A DNA stretch of 64,000 bases from Rhina ancylostomus (GCA_030265395.1 JARFYF010000052.1:124275050-124339049); one strand, 5' to 3'; positions 25,630 to 38,239 are shown, counted from the stretch's first letter. Numbers and translations are program-made. Notes: generated from the sequence alone by a model not told the origin.

Positions 25630-26260
25630 TTACCGCTTGACGGCGCAAGTCTGAATCCTGTCTAAGCCTTGCCACGTATTGCCAAGAACTGTTTCATTAT
25701 CTGAGGCATTGTGAACTGCACTGGATAGCGTCCAACCATCTCTCTTTCCCTCCCTCAGAAAGGTAGATCAATTACTTTGCTAACGTGCATTGGGTCTAGC
25801 ACACTCTGCTGGGGAAATTTCACTCTATTTCCTAACACTGAGATGATTGTCCACCATCAACCACAACCATTTTGTTCCATGTTAGGTCAAACTCCTTCCT
25901 GTGTTGAGGTTTCATTTTGATTCCCACTGACCTCCGTTTTACAAGGGTTCTTTGATACCACAATTAGTCAATTATTGACCTGAAGTCAAGGACATTGGTT
26001 CTTACCAAACTTGTGATGAGAGGCCAATTATTCTTGGTGTAATTCACATCCATTAGAATATTAGTAAGTATTACTTAATATCACTGTCAACAGCACCTTC
26101 TGCTTTACCAATGATTGAGAGCAGATTGATGGGTGGGAATTGGGCAGATTGGATTTGTCCTGCTGTTTCTTGGCAGGATATATCTGCAATTGTTCTGCAT
26201 TGATAAAACTGTATAGGAAGCGCTTAGATAGCAAAATATTGCACCTTGGCAGAGAAACAG
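25630..26260 (-). mobile_element. Old CR1/L2-group LINE reverse transcriptase relic
   Basis: Minus-strand KKQQDKSNLPNSHP resembles the K.DKSNPANYRPISL motif. Further decayed RT pieces lie downstream. Confidence 0.6.
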
Positions 26261-26634
26261 ACAACTTCAGTCTTTGAGTCTTCCCACATTTGCTGGGAGG
26301 AGTAGAATGAAAAATGAATACACTTAGGATCCAGAATTATTACATGTACTACATGGAGAGAGGTGGGAGCAACTCTGACTACCAAACACCACAATACAAG
26401 GACTGCAGATTAAGACTGGAAAAAGTTCCACAGCATGGCAGGCAAAGTAACACACTGCATGTGTCCTGTTAATGGCTATGCATACCTTGGACCCATACAC
26501 ACTTAAACCAACACCTCAAAATGTTTTTTGGTTATGTAGCAGGTTTGAGCTCTGCATTTCACACTCTGTCTGCAGACCCTAACCCTTGCCCCTCCCCTTC
26601 CAGGATTATAGCAAGTTGCCAGGGGCATACCTGT

Positions 26635-27060
26635 AAGGATGTGAGCACAGCTGTAGTTTTTGGAAGCCTGCAATGGTAACATCTACCAATGACTGGTCCA
26701 TTTGCTCCTTTGGGTTGATGGAGAAGCAAATTAGTTCTGGTGTGTAGAGAGAGCATCAGCCTTCTCCGTAATATAACAGTGTTCTGCAAACTGATATGCG
26801 GCATTTCTTAGCAGATGCAGATTGTAATGATCTTGAGGCTAGGAAGATGAAATTGAGGATAATCTTGGCTGTGAGAGCCGTGTAGGTGTTTATGAGCTTG
26901 TTTGTGATCCCATCAGACCGCAAGTACAAGAGTGAGTAAGCACAGCCTGTTTGGGCATTGCTTTTCAGTGAAGTGTAGGTAACAGCATGGCTCCCTGTGA
27001 AGCCAGACTGCCTAAGGTATTGGGTGCTGAGCCTTGTATATCTCCTGCCACATGATTCCT
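26635..27060 (-). mobile_element. PIF/Harbinger (HARBI1-like) transposase relic, N-terminal half
   Basis: Ordered frameshifted motifs REPCCYLHFTEKQCPNRLC, LASRSLQSASAKKCRIS, HCYITEKADAL and IAGFQKLQ..CSH. Compare the family motifs SYL..SE.QC..RLR, FASGSFQ...GD...ISQ, HCCI..VTDAL and IAGFP.VQGAIDCTH. Confidence 0.65.
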
Positions 27061-27571
27061 TTGGGTACCAGTGATGCCAAAGAGGCATCTTTTCTAAAGC
27101 CATATAATCCATGAAGAGAGGCATGTTGGGGCCAAACAAATGGAAGACCATGTGTAAGGATGCAAGGACAGCTTGCCTTTCAGTGTGAGTCATTGTGTAG
27201 ATTAAACTGAGAATGTAGAGTGGTGTGCAGCAGCTTGGCTGCGATGCATGTCCAGAGTGATTGGCTCTTGAAGTTTACCTTCTGAGCCTTTGGATTTGTA
27301 AAAGCAGGTTTTACTGTGATTTGAACAATTACCGTCAGATTGTTTTTGAACTAATGTTAAAAACCTTTGTAGCATATTGCCTTTGCAGTTTTTGGAGGAA
27401 CAGTGCTATTGAGCACAAATATTCTGCCCAAGTAAGACATCTGGCAATGGGCAAAATTATTTTACTCCACAGTAATTTTGCAACTCCTTTCCTTTGCCGT
27501 TACATGGGTGAAATTTCTAAACCTATATTTTTTAAATAGAGAGGAACAAGTCAATGTCATTTTACAGTGAG

Positions 27572-27997
27572 ATAGAGTCATAGAGCAATACAGCATGGAT
27601 ACAGGCTCTTCAGCCCAACGAGTCCATGCCAACCACATTATCCTCCTAACGTCCCAATTTCCTGCATTTGGTCCATGTCCCACCAGGCCCCTCTTCTCCA
27701 TATACCCATCTAAGTGCCTCTCAAATGATACCTGCCTCAGCCACTTCATCTGGCAGCTCATTCCGTATATTCACCACCATCTGTGTAGAAAAAGTTGCCC
27801 CTCAGGTCTCTTTTAAATCTTTCCCCTCTCACAGTATATCTCTGCCCCCTCGTTTTGGACTCCCCTGCTCTGGGGAAATGACTGTTACCATCCACCTTGT
27901 CTATGCCTCCCGTAAATTTTGAACACTTCTGTAAGGTCACCCCCTCATTCTCCTACGGTCCAAGGAACAAAGACCTAGCCTGTCCAACCTCTCCCTA
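27572..27997 (-). mobile_element. CR1 (HER1-like) 3' end running into a gap
   Basis: Minus-strand GIDKVDGNSHFPRAGESKTRGQRYTVRGERFKRDLRGNFF. Tail ATAGAGTCATAGAG. Confidence 0.92.
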
Positions 27998-28331
27998 NNN
28001 NNNNNNNNNNNNNNNNNNNNNNNNNNNNNNNNNNNNNNNNNNNNNNNNNNNNNNNNNNNNNNNNNNNNNNNNNNNNNNNNNNNNNNNNNNNNNNNNNNNN
28101 NNNNNNNNNNNNNNNNNNNNNNNNNNNNNNNNNNNNNNNNNNNNNNNNNNNNNNNNNNNNNNNNNNNNNNNNNNNNNNNNNNNNNNNNNNNNNNNNNNNN
28201 NNNNNNNNNNNNNNNNNNNNNNNNNNNNNNNNNNNNNNNNNNNNNNNNNNNNNNNNNNNNNNATTTTGTGATTTAGTTCCTCAGATGAAAGTGTTGTCCT
28301 GTGAAGAGTGATTTAAAATTGGCCTATCTTT

Positions 28332-28554
28332 TCAGAATCAGGCTTGTCAGAATCAGATTATCACTGACTTGTATGTTGTGAAATTTGTTGTTTTGCAGCA
28401 ACAGTGCCGTGCGAAGACATAAAGTTACTATAAATTACAAAGTGAATAGTGCGAAAAAAAGGAACAATGAGGTAGTGTTCATAGACTGATCAGAAATCTG
28501 ATGGTAGACGGGAAGAAGCTGTTCCTAAGTCACTGAGCATGGGTCTTCAGGCTC
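28332..28554 (-). mobile_element. Rex-Babar-like LINE 3' end (second subfamily)
   Basis: Repeated TCAGAA tail, TATCACTGAC...GAAATTTGTTGTTTTGC and GGGAAGAAGCTGTTCCT. Confidence 0.6.
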
Positions 28555-28671
28555 AGATTCAGGAGTTGATCTCATTGAGACGTGCAAAATTCTAGATGGT
28601 GTTAATGAGCTAGATGTTGTGAAGCTGTTTCTTCAACCAGGGAGTATAGAACCCTTCTCAGGTTAAGGGAT

Positions 28672-29022
28672 GACAGCAGAAAATACTGGAAACACTGAGC
28701 AGGCCAGTCACCAACAGTGGGCAGAGAAATGGTTAATGTCGCAAATCAAGAGAAAAGGAAAATAATTTAGTTTTCCATTGCAGTGAGAGTAGGAGGTGGA
28801 TGGATAGAACAAAGGGGACATCTCTGGTAGGGCAAGGCAAGGGTTTCCATGTTGATAATCTATTAATGAAACCATCTGTTTAATAGGTGAGTGAGGGAAG
28901 TTCGAGAGTGAGTAAACAAAGCAACATGTAAAGTCTGTGAAATACAGGTTAACACTGTAGGAAATGCCCAGCAGATCATGCAGTGTTAGTGGAGAGAAAA
29001 ACAAGGAGTTAGTATTTCTCAG
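28672..29022 (-). mobile_element. Two tandem Penelope terminal fragments
   Basis: CAGAAAATACTGGAAACACTGAGCAGG (about 28676) and GGAAATGCCCAGCAGATCATGCAG..GTGGAGAGA (about 28960). Confidence 0.6.
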
Positions 29023-29339
29023 AGGTTAGTCATTTAGGAGTTGTATCACACAAAATTCTCTATGCAACTTTTGTAAATGTTTGAAGTTCTCTACCTCCAG
29101 GAAGCTGTACATGCTCAGCTATTGCATATATTCAGGGTCGATAGATTCTGGACACTTCTGGAATCAGAAGATATGGGAATTAGTCAGGAAGGTGGATTTA
29201 AGGTACAAGACAGCCATTACATTGAATGGTGGAACAGGTTTAATGGGCTGAATTGTATCCTCCTGCTTCCCCTATGTGCACCAGCCCTGGCAAGTCCTCT
29301 CTTCATGTGTTCTAAAGCAGTTACTCTAAAACTGAAGGA

Positions 29340-29500
29340 AACTATAAAATGCTGCTCTAACAATGGACATCCTAATTCATTGCAACTAATGACATATTCT
29401 TGAAATGTGATTCAAGGATCATATCAACCAATTTGCATGGAACAAGGTTCCACAATCAACTGTGTAGTTATGCCCAGATCGGCTCTCTGATAATGCTTAC
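29340..29500 (-). mobile_element. Deu-SINE fragment, highly decayed
   Basis: CAACCAATTTGCATGGAACAAGGTTCCACAA resembles the antisense Deu domain. Confidence 0.45.
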
Positions 29501-29907
29501 AGCCATATATCATCCCTTGCATTAAAGGGGTGACTCAGTCCACTTGAATTTTGGAATGGCTTGGTTACAGAAGGGAGCTGTGATGGATTGCAATCTGGAT
29601 CTTTTTTCTTAAGAGCACATTTATTGGGGGGTGGGTGGGAGAGGGGAAGATAAGATTCCTGGATCTTAAATTGCTCTGTGGATATTGGTGTCCAAATTCC
29701 CAACTATTACATCTTACAACCACTTTAAAGGGGCAATTAACTCAAATTAATAAATGGATCCAGTAAAATAGAGGAGAAAGTAATTGTGTACAGATGTGTC
29801 AATGTTGTGCGTGGCAGTGTGTTTTCAAAGGAAGGGAGAAACATTAAAAACAAAATTATTTTCTAATTTTGAACCAGAGTTTGTGCCAAAAAGTGAATAT
29901 TGAGCTA

Positions 29908-30010
29908 AAAGCAAATTACCACAGATGCTGAAAACCTGAAATTAAAATAGGTACTGAAAAAATCAATAAGCCAAATGGAATCTGAAGAAGGTGAATGCAG
30001 AACTGTGTTG
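29908..30010 (-). mobile_element. Penelope terminal repeat fragment
   Basis: AAAGCAAATTACCACAGATGCTGAAAACCTGAAATTAAAA. Confidence 0.55.
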
Positions 30011-30310
30011 AAGCCATTTAAGATGAAAAATATTTCCACTTGTTAGTGGAAGAATTTTTAGCCTATCATGGCTTTAATCAAGACAAACAATTCCATCAAA
30101 TTTTTAATTCACTCTGCATGAGTTTCCTTTTATATTAATGTGTCATGAGCTGACCACCACTTATCTATTTGAAGATATGAGCATCTAATCACAGCTCACT
30201 AGACTGAGCAGCTCACCGACACTGACGGTCACTTGTTACATAAAGGATTTTGTCAGCAACTTAATTATAAAATAGTGGAAAAATGGTAATAATACCTTGA
30301 TTTTTGTAGC

Positions 30311-30575
30311 ATGGAGTCAGAGAGCACAGAAACAGGCCCTTCGGCCCAACTGGTCCATGCCATCCAAGGCACCCATCTAAGCTAGTCGCATTTGCCTGTG
30401 TTTGGCCCATAACCCTCTAAATCTTTCCTATCCATGTACCTACCCAACTGTCTTTTAAATGTTGTTACTATACCTGCCTCAACTACATCCTCTGGAAGCT
30501 CATTCCAAACATGGTCCACCCTCTGGGTGAAAAAATTCCCCTTGGGTTTCTATTAAATCTCTTTCCTCTCACCAT
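30311..30575 (-). mobile_element. CR1 (HER1-like) 3' end
   Basis: GAGTCAGAGAGCACAGAAACAGGCCCTTCGGCCCAAC tail, then AGCTCATTCCA...CACCCTCTGGGTGAAAAA. Confidence 0.9.
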
Positions 30576-32126
30576 ATAGATAATCAGTTACAAGGCTTCA
30601 TGGGCAATGAACAAGATCTGTTTTTTTTAACAAACATCCATAAATTGGAAAATACACAATAATCACTTAATCTGGTAATCTTACCTCCACAGTATTGTAA
30701 TGAATGGCATCAAAAGTACCCAACACTGATAATAAAGAACAATTACAAAAAGTAGAGAAGGAAACTAGTTGTGCAGTTCAGAGGAACGAATGACTTTTGT
30801 ATTTAATAATATTGTTGTATGTGTAGGAATGCCCTGTATTTCCCTTTGTGGATTATATTTTGATAGAAAACTTTTTTTTTTAGGTGTGCCTTATTTCCAA
30901 AGATTGATCTCAATAAGGAGGGAAAAACTCCTTATGTGTATTCGACCAATTCTTTACCCATCTTGAATGGTTTGTGGAATTGATACTGACTGGCATTTTT
31001 GAGAACTTGACTGGTATGCAGCAGTGTTTAACAGTTAAGTGCTGTTAATGGAAAACAGCATTAATATATTAGAACTCTGGAGTCAATCAGTTTCTCGTAT
31101 TTTAATGTGCTTCAGCCGATACATTTAATATCAGTTGATAGATTTTATATCTTCACTATAATGTAGGACTGTAAAGTTAACATTTTGTCAAAAAGTAGAA
31201 CAATTGTTAATGAAAGGCAAGGAGGTTGACGTACAGTAGGTTGTGAAATCCTAATTTGGGTCGATATTTCTACCATTGAGTTTATTTCATGAGTACTTAG
31301 TATGTTTGTACCAAATCTCTCTGCTAATTTAATAGTAGCATTAGCATACTTAAAATAGAGCAGTGTCCCAGTTAAAATAGCAGAGGAAGATGTTTAATAG
31401 AAGTTGATTAAGTGTTCATGTAATGACAGTTCTAATCTGTACTATTCTTCAGACAAAGTGGTACTCCTCATAAAGGTAATAAAAAATTTAAATCAAAAGG
31501 AGGGGGGAAAATTCCACAGAATTTCTTCATTCAGTTCAGACTGTGATGTAATTTGTGCACCTTTTTATTCAATATTGGTGCATCCTCAGTTTACAGTTGT
31601 TCGGGTCTCTTGTGGTATCTGGTCTTAAACTGTTATCCAACAACTGATGACCCCATGGTTTCTATAAGAGATGGAAAGGACAAAGAAGATAGTACATCTT
31701 GTTTATTGCTTCTTAAAGGTGAATAATCTGCAGATTTCCTTAATTTATTCTTGAACATCTCCAAGGATATGTAAGTTTGCAACGTGGAATTTGTCTATCC
31801 TGAGCTGCAGGGTGGGAGATGAAGCACTGGATGTCCAAACCTTGAGCAAAATGATCCAAGCTGTGGTGGTTTTAAGGCATTTGAAAATACTCCAATGAGC
31901 TGTTGTATTGATATTTGCATTGCTGTATGAAAACTGTTTAATGTCTATTTCGATGGTAACATCATATTACCTGATGGAAAGGAGGAGTGAATTGACCTAC
32001 AGTAACTGGGGCGTTGCATACTAACTGAAGAAGAAGCTAATGATGTGTTAGTTAAGAGTGTATGTTGCATTCTGGGCAAGATTACCTCAGTTTTGTTTTC
32101 ACATGAAGGATCAACTAATTAGACTG

Positions 32127-32262
32127 AAAACCAAAAAAATGCAGATGTTGGAAATCTGAAATACAAACAGAAAATGCTGAAAACGCTCAACAAGTCAAGT
32201 CAGGCATCTGTGGAAAGAGAAACAAAGGTAATGTTTCCGATTAAAGACCCTTCATCAGAACC
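32127..32262 (-). mobile_element. Penelope terminal repeat with hammerhead-like core
   Basis: TGCAGATGTTGGAAATCTGAAATAC...GCATCTGTGGAAAGAGAAAC...TGTTTCC...GACCCTTCATCAGAAC. Confidence 0.75.
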
Positions 32263-33580
32263 CTATTTTAACCTATCAGACTATATTGCAACTGACTGTG
32301 GCTTCAGAAACATCACTGTCCAGATCATCCTTTGCAATGCTTCACCCCTCTACTGGATAAGTTGCATGACTACCAGCATCTGTGTCATGGAACCATCAGA
32401 AGAACTGAGATAATGGCACAATGCCTTGCATTATTGGAAGTTGTGTTTGGTAGATTCATAGCCATAGAGATGGCCTCCATAAAATTATGAAACCGGGGAT
32501 TAAATTTCATTGTTGGATAAAACTTATTGTAAGTATTCATTGATAAATTAACAGAGCAGATGGTATCACAAAAAACTAGAGGGAAATAAAAATGTTCCAA
32601 AAAAAAAGCTTTAATTAGAGGAAAAGTTTGTTGATAAAAGTACTCTCAGGATGAGAGATCAGGACCATTATCACTTTACCAAATGGGTCACATCTTGTAC
32701 ACGGTGCTGAGAGACAAATTTTTCTACTTGTAATAATGCAATGGTATTTTGAGCAAAGGAGAGATCACCTTAGACACCAGACTGTCAGCAACAGAATGTT
32801 TAGAAAAGAAAGTTAATTTGGTTTGGAAGATATTAGTATGTTTGTCTGTGGTTGAGAGGGATACACTTCCTGGATGGGAAGAACCAAAGCAAAAGTTGAC
32901 GTGGTGTATATACTGTGTGGGGGATCATGTGAACTTTGTCTTTTGGACCTTTTGGTGGAAATGGGGGGAAAATGTGAATGAAAATTCCGAAGAAAGAGCA
33001 CGAGATCAAGCCTTGGTCTCTGGGCTTTGAATCATTGCAGCTGGAAAAGATTACCTGTAGACTTTCAATAGACAATTGTCTCAATTGACAATTTTGAAGA
33101 TTGCAAAGTGTAACATGAGGAATGAAAATTATAATCCTACAATTTAGCAACATCACGCACTATACCCAGTTCATTTATAATTTTCAGCACTGGTGCAGTA
33201 TTTGCTAGAACTCCATAGAAATGGTTATCATTACTTTAATAACCAATCAAAGTACAATTACTAATTATGATGCTCTCTTGTGATGTACTTCCCAATGAAA
33301 GCTTCATCAATATAACTTAAGTTTGGATCTTTCAATTATCAATCAGTTTTTTTCATAGTGTAATAATGATTTATCTAATAGTTTAAAAGGTGTATTTAAT
33401 TTGAGTATGCAAGATGTGTAGCTTGATATAGTTTTTGCATAGAGCATCATAGAGGAAATCAGAATTAATGAATTTATGGTATTAGAAACACATCACTGCT
33501 ATATTACATAATTCAATGTTCATAATGTAGCTTTATGATTAAACTAGGTACATGTTTATCCTTTGTTATTGATCTATTAT

Positions 33581-33951
33581 TTCTTTTTCAATCTGTTTTA
33601 TTGGTTTCAAATCAATACAAATAGTATATGGCATCAAAGTTTGTACATATCTTACAAAGAGATCTAGTTATCACTCAAATCTTAGATAACCGTACAATAA
33701 AATACAGAAAAAACAAAGTCCAATGATCTCTTAATTAATAAAGAGAGTATAAAAGAAAGGAAAGAAAAAAGGTTTATTATATACATTAAAAAAAGAAAAA
33801 ACCCTAAATTAAAATATTAAAAAATTATAAACAATATAAACTAAGCAAACAAAAATTTTAAAAAAACAAAAAATACTGGGCCAAAATTTCTCAATAGAAA
33901 CAAAGCAATATTATGTCGTCAACTCCGATCCTCCAAATTAAAAAGTTAATG
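33581..33951 (-). mobile_element. Probable L1-group LINE 3' UTR running into a gap
   Basis: Abrupt A-rich block on + (T-rich on -). AATAAA on the minus strand (TTTATT at about 33597) just before a T-run terminus. Confidence 0.5.
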
Positions 33952-34079
33952 NNNNNNNNNNNNNNNNNNNNNNNNNNNNNNNNNNNNNNNNNNNNNNNNN
34001 NNNNNNNNNNNNNNNNNNNNNNNNNNNNNNNNNNNNNNNNNNNNNNNNNNNNNNNNNNNNNNNNNNNNNNNNNNNNNNN

Positions 34080-34147
34080 GGTCCTGGGCAGAGCAGTTGC
34101 CGTACCAAGCCGTGATGCATTCAAATAGGATGTTTTCTATGATGCAT
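34080..34147 (-). mobile_element. Rex-Babar RT fragment
   Basis: GCAGAGCAGTTGCCGTACCAAGCCGTGATGCAT matches 46523-46555. Confidence 0.8.
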
Positions 34148-34220
34148 AGATCTATTATTAGCCAAGACTAGAAAATTCTACACTATTGATGGAAAAAAAA
34201 GAAGAATTTGAAAATTAATA

Positions 34221-34335
34221 ACATAAGGAATTGAAACAGGAGCAGGCCCTTTCATTCCTCCTCTGCCCTTCAACAAGATCATGGCTGACCGTTTATCTCT
34301 GTGTCAGTTTCCACCACTAACCACACATCCCTTGA
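34221..34335 (-). mobile_element. CR1 3' tail
   Basis: ACATAAG...CAGGAGCAGGCC...TTCAACAAGATCATGGCTGA. Confidence 0.7.
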
Positions 34336-34619
34336 AGAAATATGGAACTATATTTATTTTAGTTTTTCAGTATTGGCTATGTTCTTGTCCTGTCTGGAGG
34401 TCAGAGATACTGGAAATGTGGAATAGGGCACATTTCATGATTTGATTATGTGCTGCCAAAATGGTTAAATGGCTTCTGTGAATACAGTAATGAAATAGTG
34501 TCAGCTTCTTATTGCATGGATTATTTGTATTTAATAGGAAAATGCATCTCGTTTGAAGGTTGGGTCTCTCAATGAAGCAAGCAGAGAAGATTAAGAGGAG
34601 AATTAATGAAGGATTTTAG

Positions 34620-35130
34620 AATCACTGAACCTTATCAAACAAATGAATACTGTTGGGCCATCGTACCCCTTGGAAATCCTACTGATCCCACTCCTCTGCT
34701 TTCTTCCCATTGCCACAGATATTCTACCTCTTTAATTATATATACAGTTCCTTTTCAAATGTCACGGTTGAATCTGCATCTGCCATTCTTTTAGTGCTTT
34801 CTAGATCATCTCAATTCAATAAAACTTCTCATATTTCCTCTGCTTCTGCTAATTAATCCAAATTCACATCCTCTGGTTGTTGACTCTGCTGCTAGTGAAA
34901 ATGCTTTCCCCTTGTTTACTCCATTAAAATGTCTCAAGATTTTGAAGATTTTATTCAATCTACCTCCCTGCTCTAAGGTGACAGGTCTCCCAACCCCTCT
35001 CTCTGAATTCCCTTATTACTGGCACCAGATCTTCTTCTTTGCATCCTCTTAAAGATCTTGGCCTGCTCTCTTAGAGTAGTGCTCAGAATTAGGCCCAGGG
35101 GTCTAGCTTCAGCCTAATCAGTGACTTGTG
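34620..35130 (-). mobile_element. Old CR1 3' fragment
   Basis: Decayed antisense CR1 signatures (GCTAGTGAAAATGCTTTCCCCTTGTTTACTCCATT, GTGCTCAGAATT). Confidence 0.5.
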
Positions 35131-35440
35131 AAGGTACATATTTTAGTTGAACAAAGGCACGACTTCATTCTCTGTTGGTGATGCTAGAAACACTATATCG
35201 TCAGGATAAGTCAAAAGAACTGGAATTTGGAGGTGGAGTAAAACTGCTGGATGTGTAATATTGCATGAGGAGTTGAGGGTGGTTCTGCTTAATCCTTGTG
35301 TTTGTTTAGCAATTTTTTCAATGAGATAAATATCGAAAGAATATATGGTATAGTTTGACTAGCTTGCAGTTACTGTGTGTCTGAAAGATTTGCTTGGATT
35401 GTGTTGTACATTTTCTTTGTTTCCCAGGGCACGATCTATT

Positions 35441-35687
35441 GTAAACTTTATAAACTTTATATAGTTCAGTAACAGGCCCTTCTGGTCCAACGAGTCCGCG
35501 CCGCCCATTTAAATCCATGTTAACCCACTTGTGCGTCTTTGGAAGGTGGGAGGAAACCGGAGCACCCGGAGGAAACCCACAAAGACACAGGAGAACGTAC
35601 AAACTCCTTACAGACAGCGGTGGGAATTGAACTCTGATTGCCGGTGCTGTAATAGCGTCACGCTAACTGTTACATTACCGTGCCACC
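35441..35687 (-). mobile_element. HE1/V-SINE, full length
   Basis: Minus strand: head GGTGGCACGGTAATGTAACAGTTAGCG, B-box AGTTCAATTCC, V-domain GAGTTTGTACGTTCTCC...GGGTTTCCTCCGGGTGCTCCGGTTTCCTCCCAC, then a CR1-type tail. Confidence 0.92.
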
Positions 35688-36324
35688 AATGGTCTTGTGG
35701 AAAGACAATCAAGTTACTTTCTATAAAAAAAAAAGCATACTTCAGATTTGAGATTTTTTTGGTGGATTTCAGTTGGTGCCACACAACAAATTCCTGTAGT
35801 CCTTCAGTTAAATTGTAAATGACATTGTGCATTAAAATGGCAAATTAAGTAGAGTTGCATCTGAGTCAAATGAGTGTGGTGAATAAGTAAATAATGGTAT
35901 TAAATTAACAATTGGAGTAATAATAGTGGTTTAAAACTTTTCATTGTCAAGGCACTGTATGAAATGAATTTAAGAAAGACGGGCCATAAAATCTGGCTAC
36001 CATGGCAAAATCTAAGCCTGTTGAGGCCAGATAAAGGTTGTAGAATGATTCACAAAGACTGATTGTATTCTGAATCCCTCATTCTGTCTAATTTTCTTTT
36101 GCTACAATGCAACAAAGCTGAATAGATACATCAGGGAGGGGAATAAAATTTGTCAACTGCAAGTAAGAGTTGAACAAATTTCTGTTTTGCTGTCTGTAAG
36201 AAGGCCCTTAAATAGGAATGTCATGCAAATGTAAGAAATGGTGGTAAGGCAGAATGGTCACAGTTTGTTGAAAAGCCAGTGCAAGATAAAAAATAAATAA
36301 ACTTTTAAATAACTTTTAATACTT

Positions 36325-36560
36325 AACACTATTACAGTGCCGGCGATCGGCGTTCGGTTACCGCTGCTATCTGTAAGGAGTTTGTATGTTCTCCCCGTGA
36401 CTGGGTGGGTTTCCTCCTGGTGCTCCGGTTTCCTCCTGGTGCTCCAGTTTTCACCCACATTCCAAAGATGTACAGGTTAGTAGGTTAACATGGGTGTAAT
36501 TGGGTGGCGCGGGCTTGTTGGGCCAGAAGGACTGTTACCGTGCTGTATAAGGTTTAAAAA
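36325..36560 (+). mobile_element. HE1/V-SINE with an internal 19-bp tandem duplication
   Basis: CTGTAAGGAGTTTGTATGTTCTCCCCGTGAC. GGTTTCCTCCTGGTGCTCC occurs twice at 36408-36445. Confidence 0.9.
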
Positions 36561-38239
36561 TTTTTAAACTATTAATCTTGCATGTTCTCCATTCATTTTA
36601 CATGTGATTTCTCGATGGATGGCCAATGGCAATTTTAAATCAGATGCATCAAAGGCTTGTTCCATGATTCTTTACTGAATTAGTAATATATATTCTAAAG
36701 AAAATGAATGGAGTTTGTTTTTTAAACCACTCATGGGCACCTTTTGATATGAAGCATGATTGTAAATTATATTGTTCTGGAGTGATTTTTTTTCTCCATG
36801 CACTAGGCTCTATTGTATATTAAACTGTATTTTTAGTGAATTAAGTTTATGACTACAGTAAAGGTGACATGACCATGCTTTTTTATTGAATGCAATACAT
36901 AGATAAGACTAATGTTTCATAATCTGTTAGAGCTAATAGAGTCCTTGGCAATGGCTTGTGGCTTTCTATTCATTGATATTAAATCATTAATATTGTTCCA
37001 GTATATTTGAAGGGCAGCATTTGCCAGCTAATTTCTGGGGAAAGTCAGTGGGATCTGTGGCCCATGCTACTGATTTGTTCCATAGTTCCATACCTTTTCT
37101 CTCTTGAAGTTTAGGTCCTAATGTAATCCATCTTAGCAGAAGTATTGTTTTGTTTTCCTCTTGATTGTCTCTCTTAGTTTGATTGCAAAGGTTGATTTAG
37201 TGCTGAATCTGTCTTCACAGATGCACAATACAAGACTACACTCAAATTGCCACTAAAACAGGAATCTGATTTCTGCCTTTACTATAACAATCAGCTCGTG
37301 CATATGATGGATATAATAGTGTTATTTCAACCATGCATAATTTTGAGAATCTGGAATTCCACTGCATTTTGCAGTTCGCAAACTAATTTTTATGTCCTAT
37401 ACATTGATGTTTGGGAGAAAACCCAGAAGAACAAGTCAAGCTGATGTCATCATGGTTGTGGTGGTGGATGATCACTCAACAATTGCAGTGGATTGGTGTA
37501 TTATGGCAAAGAGCCCTGTCTGAACATTAGACACCAATGACTGACTGAGAATGATATGCTGTTGCATTCAAAAGCTTTCTCATTTGGCCCAGGTTGCATA
37601 GTGGGTGTTATGCACCAAACCATTGCCTCCTGGAAGTTTATTGTACGAATGCAGATAATATCCAGAGGTTGACAACAGCAGCATACTTAGGGGTGGGGGG
37701 AGTTAATGTTGACTGGAATCTGCTGTCATAGCCATTTGTAAACCTTCATGTAAACTTCATAATGTGTCATTTCATAGTGAATTATCATTCCATATGTTGT
37801 ACCAGTTGTAAATAAAAGCACGAGTATTTATTCAAACAGGGAACAATAATTCATGAGGAGTTGCACTCATTTTCTGTGAAAAACGTAATCGATTACTGGT
37901 GAGAATGGCCTCTCTTTTGACAGAAAAATACTTCCATCAACTTTTGGCAGTCCTACCAATTACAAAACATCTAATGTTTCACCTATTCCCATCAGTTTTT
38001 CTGTATGCTGTGTATCTAGGCCCTAGATGTTTTGCTGTAACTCCTTTTGGCAGTTTTTCATGTGGCTGTCCACAAACTAATGTTTACACTTAATTCTCCA
38101 TAGCTAGTTAAAATTAACACCTGCTTTAATTTGTTGATCTGTGGTAAGCTTCTTCATATATGGCTTTTAGATGCTGTTGAGGGTCTGAATCTGGATGAGA
38201 AGTAGGAGGGGCCCCAGGTGCTTGTGGAATGCTGGAAAG

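Larger units (their letters stand above)
28270..29278 (+). mobile_element. Old CR1 3' end split by Rex-like and Penelope insertions
   Basis: Collinear CR1 pieces at about 28270-28331, 28555-28670 (DLIETCKILDG) and 29020-29278 (3' UTR). Confidence 0.65.

Noticed and set aside
26756-27193. 145-aa minus-strand ORF as a host gene
   Set aside because: It is a chance open frame through a frameshifted Harbinger-like relic.
28468-28490. TGAGGTAGTG let-7-like seed
   Set aside because: It lies in a LINE 3' UTR. The rest of let-7 and a hairpin are absent.
35600-35687. tRNA-like A/B boxes
   Set aside because: This is a SINE head, not a cloverleaf tRNA gene.
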